Below, in pieces: positions 9,777-19,745 of a stretch of 64,000 nt of DNA; the first letter of the stretch is position 1; each line of letters starts with the position of its first letter. The stretch lies in the NCBI GenBank assembly GCA_049700215.1, contig JBNAVT010000002.1, forward strand, positions 45,507-109,506, read 5' to 3'. Below the pieces are notes generated by a model. That model did no database searches. It was not told where the DNA came from and saw nothing but the letters and a program-made list of their open reading frames with translations. A program made the translations under genes and the position numbers. This stretch comes from Thermoproteota archaeon. GTDB lineage: Archaea > Thermoproteota > EX4484-205 > JAAOZP01.

Positions 9777-11513
9777 TCAACCTAGTGTTCCGAAGGGGAA
9801 AACGCCTGCTGAAACCCAGGCGAAGAGGAGCGCGTTGAAGACTGTGCCCGTGCCTATGGATGAGGTAATCCTGTGAAGCCACCATGAGCACGCGGTTGAG
9901 GTGACGAATTGCACCGTTATGAGCGGAAGGAACTCTATTAGGAAGCCGAGGAAAGAGGTGAGCGGCTTAACTTCGAACAGGAACATCGGGATATACTGCA
10001 CGCCCATTACGAGAATGTAGGGTGCAATCTTGATCCCGATGGTTCTAAGCATTTCCAGGGCTTCCGGGAGAAAACCGTTCTCCCTGCTTCCGCCGCGCAG
10101 AATATGCAGGTAAATCGCTTCAACGTAGAAGAAGACCAGGAAGAACGGTATGAGGGTTAGAAACAGTATGATTCTCTCCGGAACGCGGAGAACTCTGAAA
10201 ATGGGTACGAAAATCCAAAGGTTCATGTCTAGGAATAGATGCACAAGGTAAACAATGGTGTAGAGCATTAGGAACATGCTTACTGCAACCAAGACTCCTC
10301 GCCGCGTGAAGGATTCTGATGCTAATCTTCTCATTCTCAGCCTAACGCCTAAAAATCTAGGCATGGCAAACAGGATGAGAGAACCCCCGGCTAAAGCAAC
10401 CATGAGCAGCCACCAGGCTATTGAGGAGCCGAATAAAACTGGTGGGAAAGGCAGGCTGAAGCCCAGTATGAACGCTGGTAGGAGCAGCGCTATGCTCAGA
10501 GCCCCCCAAATAACCATAATCTTCCAGTCTTTAAGGGAGCCATGCTCCCGCGCCCTCTTATTCTGGGGCTTGCGCGGCGAGATGAACGTGGAGACCGGGA
10601 AGGTTAAACCTACTAGCGAGAAGACGCTCAGGAGCATCATTGTTTCACGGTAGGGGTATGTTAAGCCTTCTTCCAGCAGCCCGATTCGGCTTGCTCCACT
10701 GGGCTTGAGAGCGCTGCCCATCCAGACAACTGTTTCGGAAACAATAGTCGGGTCGAGGGGTTCAAGCAGATGGGTTGTAGCTGGGGCTACTAGTTTCCTT
10801 GCGGTTCCAGAGTTGAAATCACCGTATAGTCTTCCAGGAGAAACCTCATGAACCCCGAAAACCGGGGGTAGCCATTCCCCAGCAACCTGGTTCAGGTTGA
10901 AAAGAACGTCCTGCCTACCTATGGCTACCAGCAGGTTCCTTGGGAAAGTGGTGTTTAGAACCCCGTATTCCAACGGGCTGGAGGCCATTCCGCCTAAGCC
11001 TCCCGCTATGAGCACGGTTGCTTTAACCCCCCGGTGGGCGGCGGCAGCAGCCCTGACCGCTCCAGCACCCAAGCTGTGCCCAACTAGGCCGAGTGAAGAA
11101 GCGTCTACATACGGCAGCTTTTCAACGTATCTTAAGGCTGCAATAGCCCCGAGGCTGGGGTCCTTAGTTGCGCCGAGCCGCCCACCGGAGTCGCCATGGC
11201 CCACAACATCTATCGATAATGCGACGAAGCCCCTTCTAGCGAGCTCTAAGGCTATGCTGCTCATGGATTCTTTAGCACTGCTGATACCGTGCACAAGGAC
11301 TACTGCCGGCATAGGGTTCTCCACGGTGGCCGCATGCGGGCGGTATAGTGCCCCGCTTATGTAGTGTTCGCCATCCGGTATTCTAACAGTTTTTACTTCA
11401 AGCCTTCCGAAGTCGTTGTTTATTAGGAATGCTGCGACTGTCCCTAGTAGGAAGACAGTGGCTAAAACAATCAGTGTCAAACAGCTTGTTCCCGCTGGCC
11501 CCATGCGTGTCAA
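9777..11513 (-). CDS. Alpha/beta hydrolase fused to a multi-TM domain
   Basis: VHG, GHGDS, nucleophile GHSLG and His in TTHL, followed by about 8 hydrophobic segments. Confidence 0.85.
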   Translation of the reverse strand: MTRMGPAGTSCLTLIVLATVFLLGTVAAFLINNDFGRLEVKTVRIPDGEHYISGALYRPHAATVENPMPAVVLVHGISSAKESMSSIALELARRGFVALSIDVVGHGDSGGRLGATKDPSLGAIAALRYVEKLPYVDASSLGLVGHSLGAGAVRAAAAAHRGVKATVLIAGGLGGMASSPLEYGVLNTTFPRNLLVAIGRQDVLFNLNQVAGEWLPPVFGVHEVSPGRLYGDFNSGTARKLVAPATTHLLEPLDPTIVSETVVWMGSALKPSGASRIGLLEEGLTYPYRETMMLLSVFSLVGLTFPVSTFISPRKPQNKRAREHGSLKDWKIMVIWGALSIALLLPAFILGFSLPFPPVLFGSSIAWWLLMVALAGGSLILFAMPRFLGVRLRMRRLASESFTRRGVLVAVSMFLMLYTIVYLVHLFLDMNLWIFVPIFRVLRVPERIILFLTLIPFFLVFFYVEAIYLHILRGGSRENGFLPEALEMLRTIGIKIAPYILVMGVQYIPMFLFEVKPLTSFLGFLIEFLPLITVQFVTSTACSWWLHRITSSIGTGTVFNALLFAWVSAGVFPFGTLG

Positions 11514-11993
11514 CGTTTTTCCTTAAGCCTATATATTTGTTTCCCTATGCTTTCTGCAAGCGTGTTGTTCAACGTTTTCACGCGTGCCCGAACCGTTTCC
11601 ACTTAAGGCTGGTTTCACGTTTTCCCCGCCTATGGTTCTCCGATTTAAATTACTTATATCATTGAGTAGCAGTAATTCGACTTAGCGCGCTGTATTCGAG
11701 CAAAAAAGTATTGGTAGAGCAGGCGAGCCTGATCCAGAACGGACTTTGATCCTTTCTATTTCGTGAAAGAACATTACAGGAAACAGAGGTTGGTTGAGCG
11801 AAGACGCTGAAGCCTCCAGACAAAGAATGTTTACGGGATGGGTTGCACATCTCCATTTTTACTCCTGGCCGCGGGCGGGTTACTTACGTAGAGTATGTGA
11901 AGCCTTAACAATAATGGGAATCAGGAAAAGCGTAGCGCGCACTATAATCTTTGCAGGATTAAAATATTTGTTCTCTAAAGGGGTTTTATGGGG

Positions 11994-12471
11994 TCAGTCC
12001 TCCGGCATCCTTGTTTTTCTTTCAACGGCTGCTTTAGCCAGAGTCTCACCAAGCCTCTTCAACTCAGACAAGTCTTTTTCAAACGGTGATCCTTTCTCCC
12101 TGAGCCCCCAGACAACGCCTCCAGCAGTCTTCTCCATTTTGAAAGCTGGGAAAATCCTTTCTATGCTTAACAGTGCTGAGTCGCTTGAACTGCCGCCGCA
12201 TGTGAATGGCTGCCGGTTTTCCAGCAGCCTTCTCCCTTACGCTCCAGGCTCTGTCGAAGAAATCCTTCAACAATCCCGCCATGTAGCCGAAATAGTTGGG
12301 TGAGCCGAATGCTACGGCGTTGCACGATATAAGGTCTTCAACAGTAGCGTAGTCCACGCGTTTCAGCTCAGCAGTGGCGCCTTCAACCTTCTCCACGCCT
12401 TGAGCAACCACCTTAGCTAAGGCTTCAACGTTTCCCCCTCGAGAATAGTAAAGTATTAGGACTCTAACCAT
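11994..12471 (-). pseudogene. Flavodoxin/WrbA-like protein, frameshifted near 12205
   Basis: YYSRGGNV and FGSPNYFG motifs. The second frame continues to ...LKRLGETLAK...* at 11994. Confidence 0.75.
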
Positions 12472-12603
12472 GTTCCCAAGCCTCCTGCTGTAACCCTGCA
12501 ATCCTAACAAAAATACTTTACTGTGAAAGCTTTATGCTAAACTTTTGATTGCCAGAACTGGTGGAAATAAAGGTTAAAAAGGAGATTGAAGAATTTTTTT
12601 CTC

Positions 12604-13776
12604 ATGGAGGGCTTCCAGTTTCAATGTCCCACTAGAATCGTTTTCGGCAGGGGTGTTGAAAACCTGGTTGGGGAAGAGGTGAAGAAATACAGTGATAAGG
12701 TTCTTTTCCACTATGGTGGTGGAAGCATAAAGAGAATAGGTCTCTACGACAGGGTTGTAGAATCCTTGAAGAGTGCTGGCGTCAGGTTTATCGAGCTTCC
12801 AGGTGTTAAGCCTAATCCTCGTTTAAGCCTTGTTAGAAAGGGAATAGAGGTGTGTAGGAGTAGTGGTGTAGATTTCATACTGGCGGTTGGAGGCGGGAGC
12901 GTCATAGACTCTGCTAAAGCCATAAGCGTAGGCGTTCCCTATAGGGGTGACGTGTGGGATTTCTACGTTGACAGGGCTGAGCCAGCGGAGGCTTTGCCCG
13001 TCGGGGTAGTTTTAACTATACCTGGGGCGGGGAGTGAGGCGAGCAGCAGCTCAGTTATCACGAACGAGGAGGATTGGCGTAAGCTTTCGCTCACAACTGA
13101 GCTCCTACGCCCCAGGTTCGCGTTGATGAATCCTGAGGTTACTTTTTCAGTACCGCCCTACTATACTGCTTGCGGAGCAGCTGATATAATGGCTCACGTC
13201 ATGGAGAGGTATTTCACTAACGTGCGGCACGCGGACCTGACGGACAGGCTTTGCGAAGCAACTTTAAAAACCGTGATCAGGAATGTTCCAATAGTGTTAA
13301 GCGAGCCTGAGAACTATGATGCTCGAGCTGAAATAATGTGGGCTAGCACTGTTGCGCACAACGATCTTCTGGGGACCGGCCGGATAGGAGACTGGGCTAC
13401 GCACATGATAGAGCATGAGCTCAGCGGTCTATACGACGTGCCGCATGGCGCTGGGCTGGCCGTATTGTTTCCAAGCTGGATGAGACACGTGTATAAGCAC
13501 CGCCTAGACATATTCGTGCAGTTCGCCGTTAGAGTCTGGAACGTTGAACCCGACTTCCAGGATCCTGAGAAAACCGCGCTCGAAGGCATGGAGAGGCTGA
13601 AAGCCTTCTTCAGGCGGATAGGGCTTCCGACAACTCTAAGGGAACTCGGTGTTTGCGACGATAGGCTTGAGGAGATGGCGCTTAGATGCACTGATTCAGG
13701 AGCCTCGAGAATAGGGAGCTTCGTGAAGCTGGGGAAGGACGATGTTCTGAGCATTCTGAGAAACGCCAGGGGATAA
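12604..13776 (+). CDS. Iron-containing alcohol (butanol) dehydrogenase
   Basis: GGGSVIDSAK, DIMAHVME, HMIEH and VPHG motifs. Confidence 0.92.
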   Translation: MEGFQFQCPTRIVFGRGVENLVGEEVKKYSDKVLFHYGGGSIKRIGLYDRVVESLKSAGVRFIELPGVKPNPRLSLVRKGIEVCRSSGVDFILAVGGGSVIDSAKAISVGVPYRGDVWDFYVDRAEPAEALPVGVVLTIPGAGSEASSSSVITNEEDWRKLSLTTELLRPRFALMNPEVTFSVPPYYTACGAADIMAHVMERYFTNVRHADLTDRLCEATLKTVIRNVPIVLSEPENYDARAEIMWASTVAHNDLLGTGRIGDWATHMIEHELSGLYDVPHGAGLAVLFPSWMRHVYKHRLDIFVQFAVRVWNVEPDFQDPEKTALEGMERLKAFFRRIGLPTTLRELGVCDDRLEEMALRCTDSGASRIGSFVKLGKDDVLSILRNARG

Positions 13777-13782
13777 CTCCGG

Positions 13783-15018
13783 CTAACGCTTCTTCCTCAG
13801 GAGACCGTTCGCCCTATCGATGGGATCCTGATATTTTGAAACCCTCCCGTTTAGAACATCCCTGTACCTTACGGCTGCACGGAGCTTAGCGGACTCGTAT
13901 ATGGCTTCCGCTATTGCTTTTGCCATCATCCCGTCCTCGCCGTCAACCTCCGGCCTTCTTCTTTTCTGAACAGCCTCAAGAAAATCGTAGCACTCCAGTG
14001 TAATCCCGTCTGTAAAACCATGTGGGAAAAGCCTGTTCTTCCCCTCTTCACCTATGCTTCTGAGGAATTCTTCTCTAAGCTCAAGCATGGTGCGCTGAGT
14101 TCCATCCTTAAGAATGAGCACAGCATTGTCGAAAGGACCGTGGAAGACATCACCCGAGTCGAGAAGACACCCTTCAGACCCATAGTAAACAACCTTCGTA
14201 AAAGAGTGGCCCGGCGCAGCCATAGTCCAGCTCCATGTCCCGACGAGACCGTTTTCAAAGCTTATTAGCGCAACCCAGCTGTCCTCCACCTCGCTGTAAA
14301 AGGTTTCCCCCTGCTTATCGTGGGGCCATTTTTCAAACTGTCCTACGAAAGCGTAAACCCTGTCCACCTCCCCGAAGAAATATCTCATCGAGTCGCAGAA
14401 ATGTGCTCCACTATCCATAGCCAGGCCTCCCCCGCTCAGGTTCCTCTCGACTCTCCAATGCCACTTCTTGGGCTTCAAGGGGTCGTTCCAAGAGGCGTGA
14501 ATCGCGTAGAACATTCTGGGCTTGCCGATCAGCCTGGCCTCGTTAATCAGCCAGTGCATAGTCCTCTGGTTCAATCCGCGGCGAATGTTCTCCGCCGTCG
14601 CGACAATCCTCCCATGCTTTCTCCCAGCAGCTATTATCATCTTGCTCGCCCTCAATGATACTCCAAGGGGTTTCTCAACCATCACATCCGCCCCAGACCT
14701 GATACACTCTATTGCAACCTTATGGTGTTCAGAATGCGGCGTACATATGTCGACGGCCCTCGGCCTAGCCTTCCTCAACATTTCCCTGGTGTCGAGGAAG
14801 ACAGGGGGCCTGTAGCCGAGGAGCTTCTCAGCCTCGTCCGCGAAAGATTCAACAGCCTCCTTTGAAACATCGTTTAAGGCGACAAGCCTGAGTTTCCCAG
14901 GCTCCTTCTCGCTGATCCTTGCATAAGCCATCAAGTGTTCACGGGCTATTCCTCCGCAACCAGCTATCGCGAGTTTAACCGTCCCATCTCCTACCATAGT
15001 GGCTCTCCTGCTTAACAC
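13783..15018 (-). CDS. Gfo/Idh/MocA family oxidoreductase
   Basis: GCGGIA, VEKP and GGGLAMDSGAH motifs. The true start may be the MVGDG Met. Confidence 0.88.
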   Translation of the reverse strand: MLSRRATMVGDGTVKLAIAGCGGIAREHLMAYARISEKEPGKLRLVALNDVSKEAVESFADEAEKLLGYRPPVFLDTREMLRKARPRAVDICTPHSEHHKVAIECIRSGADVMVEKPLGVSLRASKMIIAAGRKHGRIVATAENIRRGLNQRTMHWLINEARLIGKPRMFYAIHASWNDPLKPKKWHWRVERNLSGGGLAMDSGAHFCDSMRYFFGEVDRVYAFVGQFEKWPHDKQGETFYSEVEDSWVALISFENGLVGTWSWTMAAPGHSFTKVVYYGSEGCLLDSGDVFHGPFDNAVLILKDGTQRTMLELREEFLRSIGEEGKNRLFPHGFTDGITLECYDFLEAVQKRRRPEVDGEDGMMAKAIAEAIYESAKLRAAVRYRDVLNGRVSKYQDPIDRANGLLRKKR

Positions 15019-15296
15019 GCCTTAAAAACATATTTTTCAAAATCGCTGGAGACGCTTCTGTAATTGGGACTCTGCCTCCCTGTTAAAGGTTAAGCCTTTT
15101 TAAGACGCGCGTAAGCTTTTTAGCACTCCGTTTCCCTGTGGAACGAGGTTTTCCCCGGCTTCAAACCGGTTTTTGCATGGCGGAGCCCTATTTGGCTTCA
15201 GGCGCCTTTTCCAGAGGGCTTTATAAACAGGCGTAACCTTAATATTCACCCTTTTAGCGAATGAGCATACTGCAGGCAGGGGTCAAGGAATAAGAA

Positions 15297-15698
15297 ATGA
15301 GCACGATAATGTTTAGAGAGGTGGATTCGCTCGGCAGGGAGTATGAGGAGGCTCTTAAGAATGTTGAAACCGGTAAGAACGTTAAGACCGGCGGGGCTCT
15401 CGTCACTTTTCCGGATAAGGAGAGGAAAATCTGCGAGCTTTCAGCAACCTACATGGTGAAGCTGGGAAGGTTCTCCAAGGAGCAGAGAGTAGTAGTTACT
15501 CTCACGTTTAACAAGGATAGTAATGGGGTTTACGTGGCGAACATGGATGACTCTGTGTTCCACGTGGTTCAGGAGGAGAAGGGAGGCCTGAAAGAGGTTT
15601 GGAGTGGAAGGCTTAGAGAAGCGATGGATAAACTGGGGGATGTTGCCAGGATTCACGTAAACGTGATGTCAAGCCTCTCCAGCAAGTCTTCGTCCTGA
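15297..15698 (+). CDS. Hypothetical protein
   Basis: 133-aa ORF with host-like codon usage. No family recognised. Confidence 0.65.
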   Translation: MSTIMFREVDSLGREYEEALKNVETGKNVKTGGALVTFPDKERKICELSATYMVKLGRFSKEQRVVVTLTFNKDSNGVYVANMDDSVFHVVQEEKGGLKEVWSGRLREAMDKLGDVARIHVNVMSSLSSKSSS

Positions 15699-15953
15699 TT
15701 AGCGCGCGAATACTAAATATTTGGCGCATAATAAGCCGCCTCCTACGTTTAGTCTTGAGACGTAGCTCGAGGATTAGATTAGCGCGCGTCTTTTTGGTAC
15801 TCCCCTGTTCTGATAGATATTTCCTAGATTATCAATTCCTAATAAGTGCACGCGCTGTTGTTAAAGCCAAAAACTAGCTTTGTGGCTTAATTCTTGGGCT
15901 TTGCCACAATCATGTTAAGATTTTCCACTAGCGCGCGCGCTAAAGCAAAAAAC

Positions 15954-15962
15954 TTATATATT
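15954..15962 (+). promoter_or_regulatory. Putative BRE/TATA box of the ABC operon
   Basis: AAAAAC-TTATATATT about 40 nt upstream of ATG 15998. Confidence 0.4.
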
Positions 15963-15997
15963 ACTTCCGTAGGGTCTAAAAAAGTGAGCGATATAAA

Positions 15998-18628
15998 ATG
16001 AACATATGCTCCATGGATTTTGGAAAATATGTTGCAGTATTGACCCTTCTAGCAACAGTAGCGCTTACCCAGCTGACGATGCCTGCTTTCGCTCAGCAAG
16101 TGCCAAACGGTGGTTGGCTGGATGAAATCGTTTTCTTCAAAGAAAGCGATGCAAGCAAGATGTTCGACATGATAGAGAAGGGTGAGGCGCATGAATGGCA
16201 GTGGACGGCCCCTGTAACTCTTATTGACAGGATAAAGGCTTCTGATAAGGTTGGATATGTTTCCTCATCAGGAATCTTTTATGTGCTCGATGTGAATCCG
16301 TGTCCGTTTAGAAGCGGCTTTAACCCGTTTGTAAACGCGAAAATGAGAGAAGCGTTAAACTACATCGTGGATAGAGAGTATCTTGCTTACACCATTATGA
16401 AGGGTGCTGGGAGGCCGAAGTATACCATACTTGTCTCCAGTTTTCCGGATTATGGTCAGGTTATAGATGTTGCTAAAATAATTGAAAGCAAGTACAGGTT
16501 TAATCTCGATGCCGCTAAGGAGATAATCTACAAGGAAATGGCTGATATGGGGGCTGTTCTCAAAGATGGGAAATGGTACTATGAAAACAAGGTTGTCACT
16601 ATAAAATTCATCATAAGAATTGAAGATGCGAGGAGAGATATTGGTGATTTCATAGCTTCACAGCTTGAAAAGCTTGGTTTCATCGTAGACAGGCAGTATA
16701 AACCAGCATCGGAGGCCTTCCCCATTAGGTATGCTACTGACGCGCGCGATGGATTATGGCACCTCTACACCGGCGGGTATGAAGCAGGCTTCGACCAATC
16801 CGGAGACTTTTGGGGCTTCTTTGCAGGTGCCTACATAGAAACGGGTGCCGTCCATGACCCAGTCTTTTCAGAAATTGCTAGAAGGCTTTCCACGGCTGAC
16901 TATACTTCTTTAGAGGAGAAAATCAGCCTAATGAAGAAAGCATTGTTAATGTCGGTGGAAGACTCAACCTACGTCGGATTGGCTGACAGGCTTTCAATAT
17001 TCATGGTTTCAAAGGATGTGGTGGCAGCATACCATCTTAGCGCCGGACCTTGGAGAATGCCGTGGAGCAGAACTGTTAGGCTTAAGGACAGAGTTGGCGG
17101 AACGATAAAAGTGGGTGAACAGGATCTTCTCGTAGAGGAGATGAATCCTGTTGCACTCGGCGGATGGGTCTGGGATATGGCTGTCTACATGCCGACTCAA
17201 GACTACGGATTCATCGAGAATCCTTACACGGTTGCATTAATCCCATTGAGAGTTAAGGAGTACAGTGTTGAAGTGACTCAAGGAATCGCGATTAAACAAA
17301 CGCCGGAAGTTAAAACGGTTGACCAAGTAAGAGTTCCTTCTGACGCTATTGCCGCATGGGATGCTGTAAACAAGAAGTATGTCAATGTCGGGGAGAACAA
17401 GTATGCTAAAGCCAAGGTGACTTTAGTGTACGACTCTCCCCTCGGTAAATATCACGATGGTACGGACATAACTTTAGCAGACTTCATGTTCTGGTTCGCC
17501 CTTTCCTTTGAAAGGACAAGTAGTTCCAGCAAGATTTACGACGAGTCTGCTGTACCCGGATTCATAGCCACAATGCGGCAATTCATAGGTTTCAAAGTTA
17601 TTCGTAGCAACCCGGTGACTGTGGAAGTCTATGTTAACATGACTCACGTCGAACCGACTCGTCTCGCTGACTGGGCTGCTCAACGCTTCACGCTATCGGG
17701 ATTTCCGTACTTCCCGTGGCACGACCTTGCTGTTGCAATTCTCGCTAGACAGGATGGAAAGCTTGGTTTCAGCGCTCTTGAAGCTCGGTCTCTTGGATGT
17801 GAAAGAGTCAATTTCATGTATGGTCCAAGCATGGCAATACTAAACGAGTATCTTGATAAAGCGATAAAGGAAAAATACGTGCCTGAATGGATAAAGGATT
17901 ATGTTACTCCAGATGAAGCAGTGGCAAGATACCAGAAGCTTAAAGAGTTCTACAACAAATATAAGCACTTCTGGGTTGGTTGCGGGCCGTACTATTTATA
18001 CTCCACTGATCCTGTGGGGAAGGTTGCGGTGTTAAAGGCTTTCAGAGAATACGTGTATAAGGCTGACAAATTTGATTGGCTGCTAAAGTCATCTACTCCT
18101 GAAGCCTCTTTAAAGGTTCCTGAAAAGATTGTTCCAGGCATTGAGGCAAATATTACCGTAACCATCAGTTCAATGGGAGAACCTTATCCAAGAAGCAATA
18201 TAGAGAAGGTCATGTATCTCATAACAGATCCAGCAGGCAACATGCTTTTAAGCGGTATTGCGAGAGAAACTGCTACCGAAGGACTTTACCAAATAAGGCT
18301 TAACGGGACTGAAACTTCAAAACTGCCTCCTGGCACGCATACGGTAACCGTATATGCGTTCAGCAATATTGTCGCAGTCCCGGGAAGTGGAGAAGCAACT
18401 ATCGCAGTTATACCGCCTGCAAGCTACATAACGCTGGAGCTGAATAGGGTTAGGCAAGAGATGGAGGCCAGGCTGTCCGCAATAGAAGCCTTGAACACTC
18501 AGGTCTCCAATTTATCGTCTGAAGTAAACTCGTTAAAGAGTACTTTAAACATGGCTGTAGGGATAGGGGTTGTTGCGATAATAATTGCCGTAGTGGCAGT
18601 AGTCCTTAGTATTAGAAAGAAGCGATGA
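15998..18628 (+). CDS. Family-5 (oligopeptide/oligosaccharide) ABC substrate-binding protein, archaeal type
   Basis: Signal peptide, NPF..MREALNYIVDR, YHDGTDITLAD and GPY motifs. The C-terminus has a beta domain, a coiled coil and a TM anchor. Confidence 0.88.
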   Translation: MNICSMDFGKYVAVLTLLATVALTQLTMPAFAQQVPNGGWLDEIVFFKESDASKMFDMIEKGEAHEWQWTAPVTLIDRIKASDKVGYVSSSGIFYVLDVNPCPFRSGFNPFVNAKMREALNYIVDREYLAYTIMKGAGRPKYTILVSSFPDYGQVIDVAKIIESKYRFNLDAAKEIIYKEMADMGAVLKDGKWYYENKVVTIKFIIRIEDARRDIGDFIASQLEKLGFIVDRQYKPASEAFPIRYATDARDGLWHLYTGGYEAGFDQSGDFWGFFAGAYIETGAVHDPVFSEIARRLSTADYTSLEEKISLMKKALLMSVEDSTYVGLADRLSIFMVSKDVVAAYHLSAGPWRMPWSRTVRLKDRVGGTIKVGEQDLLVEEMNPVALGGWVWDMAVYMPTQDYGFIENPYTVALIPLRVKEYSVEVTQGIAIKQTPEVKTVDQVRVPSDAIAAWDAVNKKYVNVGENKYAKAKVTLVYDSPLGKYHDGTDITLADFMFWFALSFERTSSSSKIYDESAVPGFIATMRQFIGFKVIRSNPVTVEVYVNMTHVEPTRLADWAAQRFTLSGFPYFPWHDLAVAILARQDGKLGFSALEARSLGCERVNFMYGPSMAILNEYLDKAIKEKYVPEWIKDYVTPDEAVARYQKLKEFYNKYKHFWVGCGPYYLYSTDPVGKVAVLKAFREYVYKADKFDWLLKSSTPEASLKVPEKIVPGIEANITVTISSMGEPYPRSNIEKVMYLITDPAGNMLLSGIARETATEGLYQIRLNGTETSKLPPGTHTVTVYAFSNIVAVPGSGEATIAVIPPASYITLELNRVRQEMEARLSAIEALNTQVSNLSSEVNSLKSTLNMAVGIGVVAIIIAVVAVVLSIRKKR

Positions 18629-18637
18629 AAAAGCAAG

Positions 18638-19744
18638 ATGAGTCCCTCCTCTTTTTCTGGCTTTTCTAGAAGTGAATTCGAAAGGTCTTTAATCTACTTT
18701 GTAAAAAGGCTTATTGCAATACTTATATCAGTAACGATAACGTGTTATCTGACCATACTCATAGCTGAAATGGGTGGGTTTGTAGATACTGTAGTAATAT
18801 CCCAGCTGAAGGATGAGATTCGAAACATGGTTAGAACCAGCCTAGAATATGCTTCACTATCTCCACAGCAGCAGGAGGAGATAATGGCAATAAAGTTGAA
18901 TCTAACCATAAAGGAACGGGGTCTGGACACACCTTTCTACGTAAGGTCACTCATATACCTTAAGAATGCTCTAACATTAGATCTTGGCAGGGCGAACATA
19001 CTTGTCAGCGACAGTGGTTCCAGAAGGGTGCAGGCAATAATATTTGAAAGGCTTCCTTACACTATTCTACTCTTCACAACAGCCACTGTTTTAGGCTTCT
19101 TCATAAACATATTATTCGGATTATACTTAGCTCGCCACAGAGGTTCCCTCATAGATAGGATCATGGTTGGGTTTACATTCCTCTCATCCATACCCGGATG
19201 GTTTTACGGAATAATCTTCATAATGGTTTTTGCAATGTATCTCGGGGTTCTTCCTTACGGAGGTCTCGTCAGCATCCCTCCTCCCAGTGACCCGCTGCTC
19301 TATGCACTGGACATTTTGAAACACGCTATTCTCCCGATTTTTTCATGGCTTTTCTCAGGACTTTGGCTCGGGGTCTATGCGAACCGGAACTTTTTTCTTA
19401 TATTCTCAACACACGGGTATGTGACTGTTGCTGATGCGAAGGGGCTTCCGGAGAGAAGAATTCTTAGTAAATACATTATAAAGCCTGCTCTACCGACAAT
19501 CGTCACGAACCTATCTCTAGGAATAATCGGTTCATGGATGGGTGCAATGGTTACTGAAAGCGTGTTCAACTGGCCCGGTATAGGAAGCCTAACTTACAGG
19601 GCTATAAACCTCAAGGACACGCCAATAATAGTCGGTACAACAGTTATCTATGCGTATCTTCTAGGTTTAACTATGCTGATTCTTGATATAGTCTACAGTA
19701 TTCTTGATCCGAGAATAAGAGCTAGCTTGTCAGGAGGGTATTGA
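18638..19744 (+). CDS. ABC permease, OppB/DppB-like
   Basis: ERLPYT, ADAKGL EAA-like loop and ESVFNWPGIG motifs. Confidence 0.9.
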   Translation: MSPSSFSGFSRSEFERSLIYFVKRLIAILISVTITCYLTILIAEMGGFVDTVVISQLKDEIRNMVRTSLEYASLSPQQQEEIMAIKLNLTIKERGLDTPFYVRSLIYLKNALTLDLGRANILVSDSGSRRVQAIIFERLPYTILLFTTATVLGFFINILFGLYLARHRGSLIDRIMVGFTFLSSIPGWFYGIIFIMVFAMYLGVLPYGGLVSIPPPSDPLLYALDILKHAILPIFSWLFSGLWLGVYANRNFFLIFSTHGYVTVADAKGLPERRILSKYIIKPALPTIVTNLSLGIIGSWMGAMVTESVFNWPGIGSLTYRAINLKDTPIIVGTTVIYAYLLGLTMLILDIVYSILDPRIRASLSGGY

Positions 19745-19745
19745 A

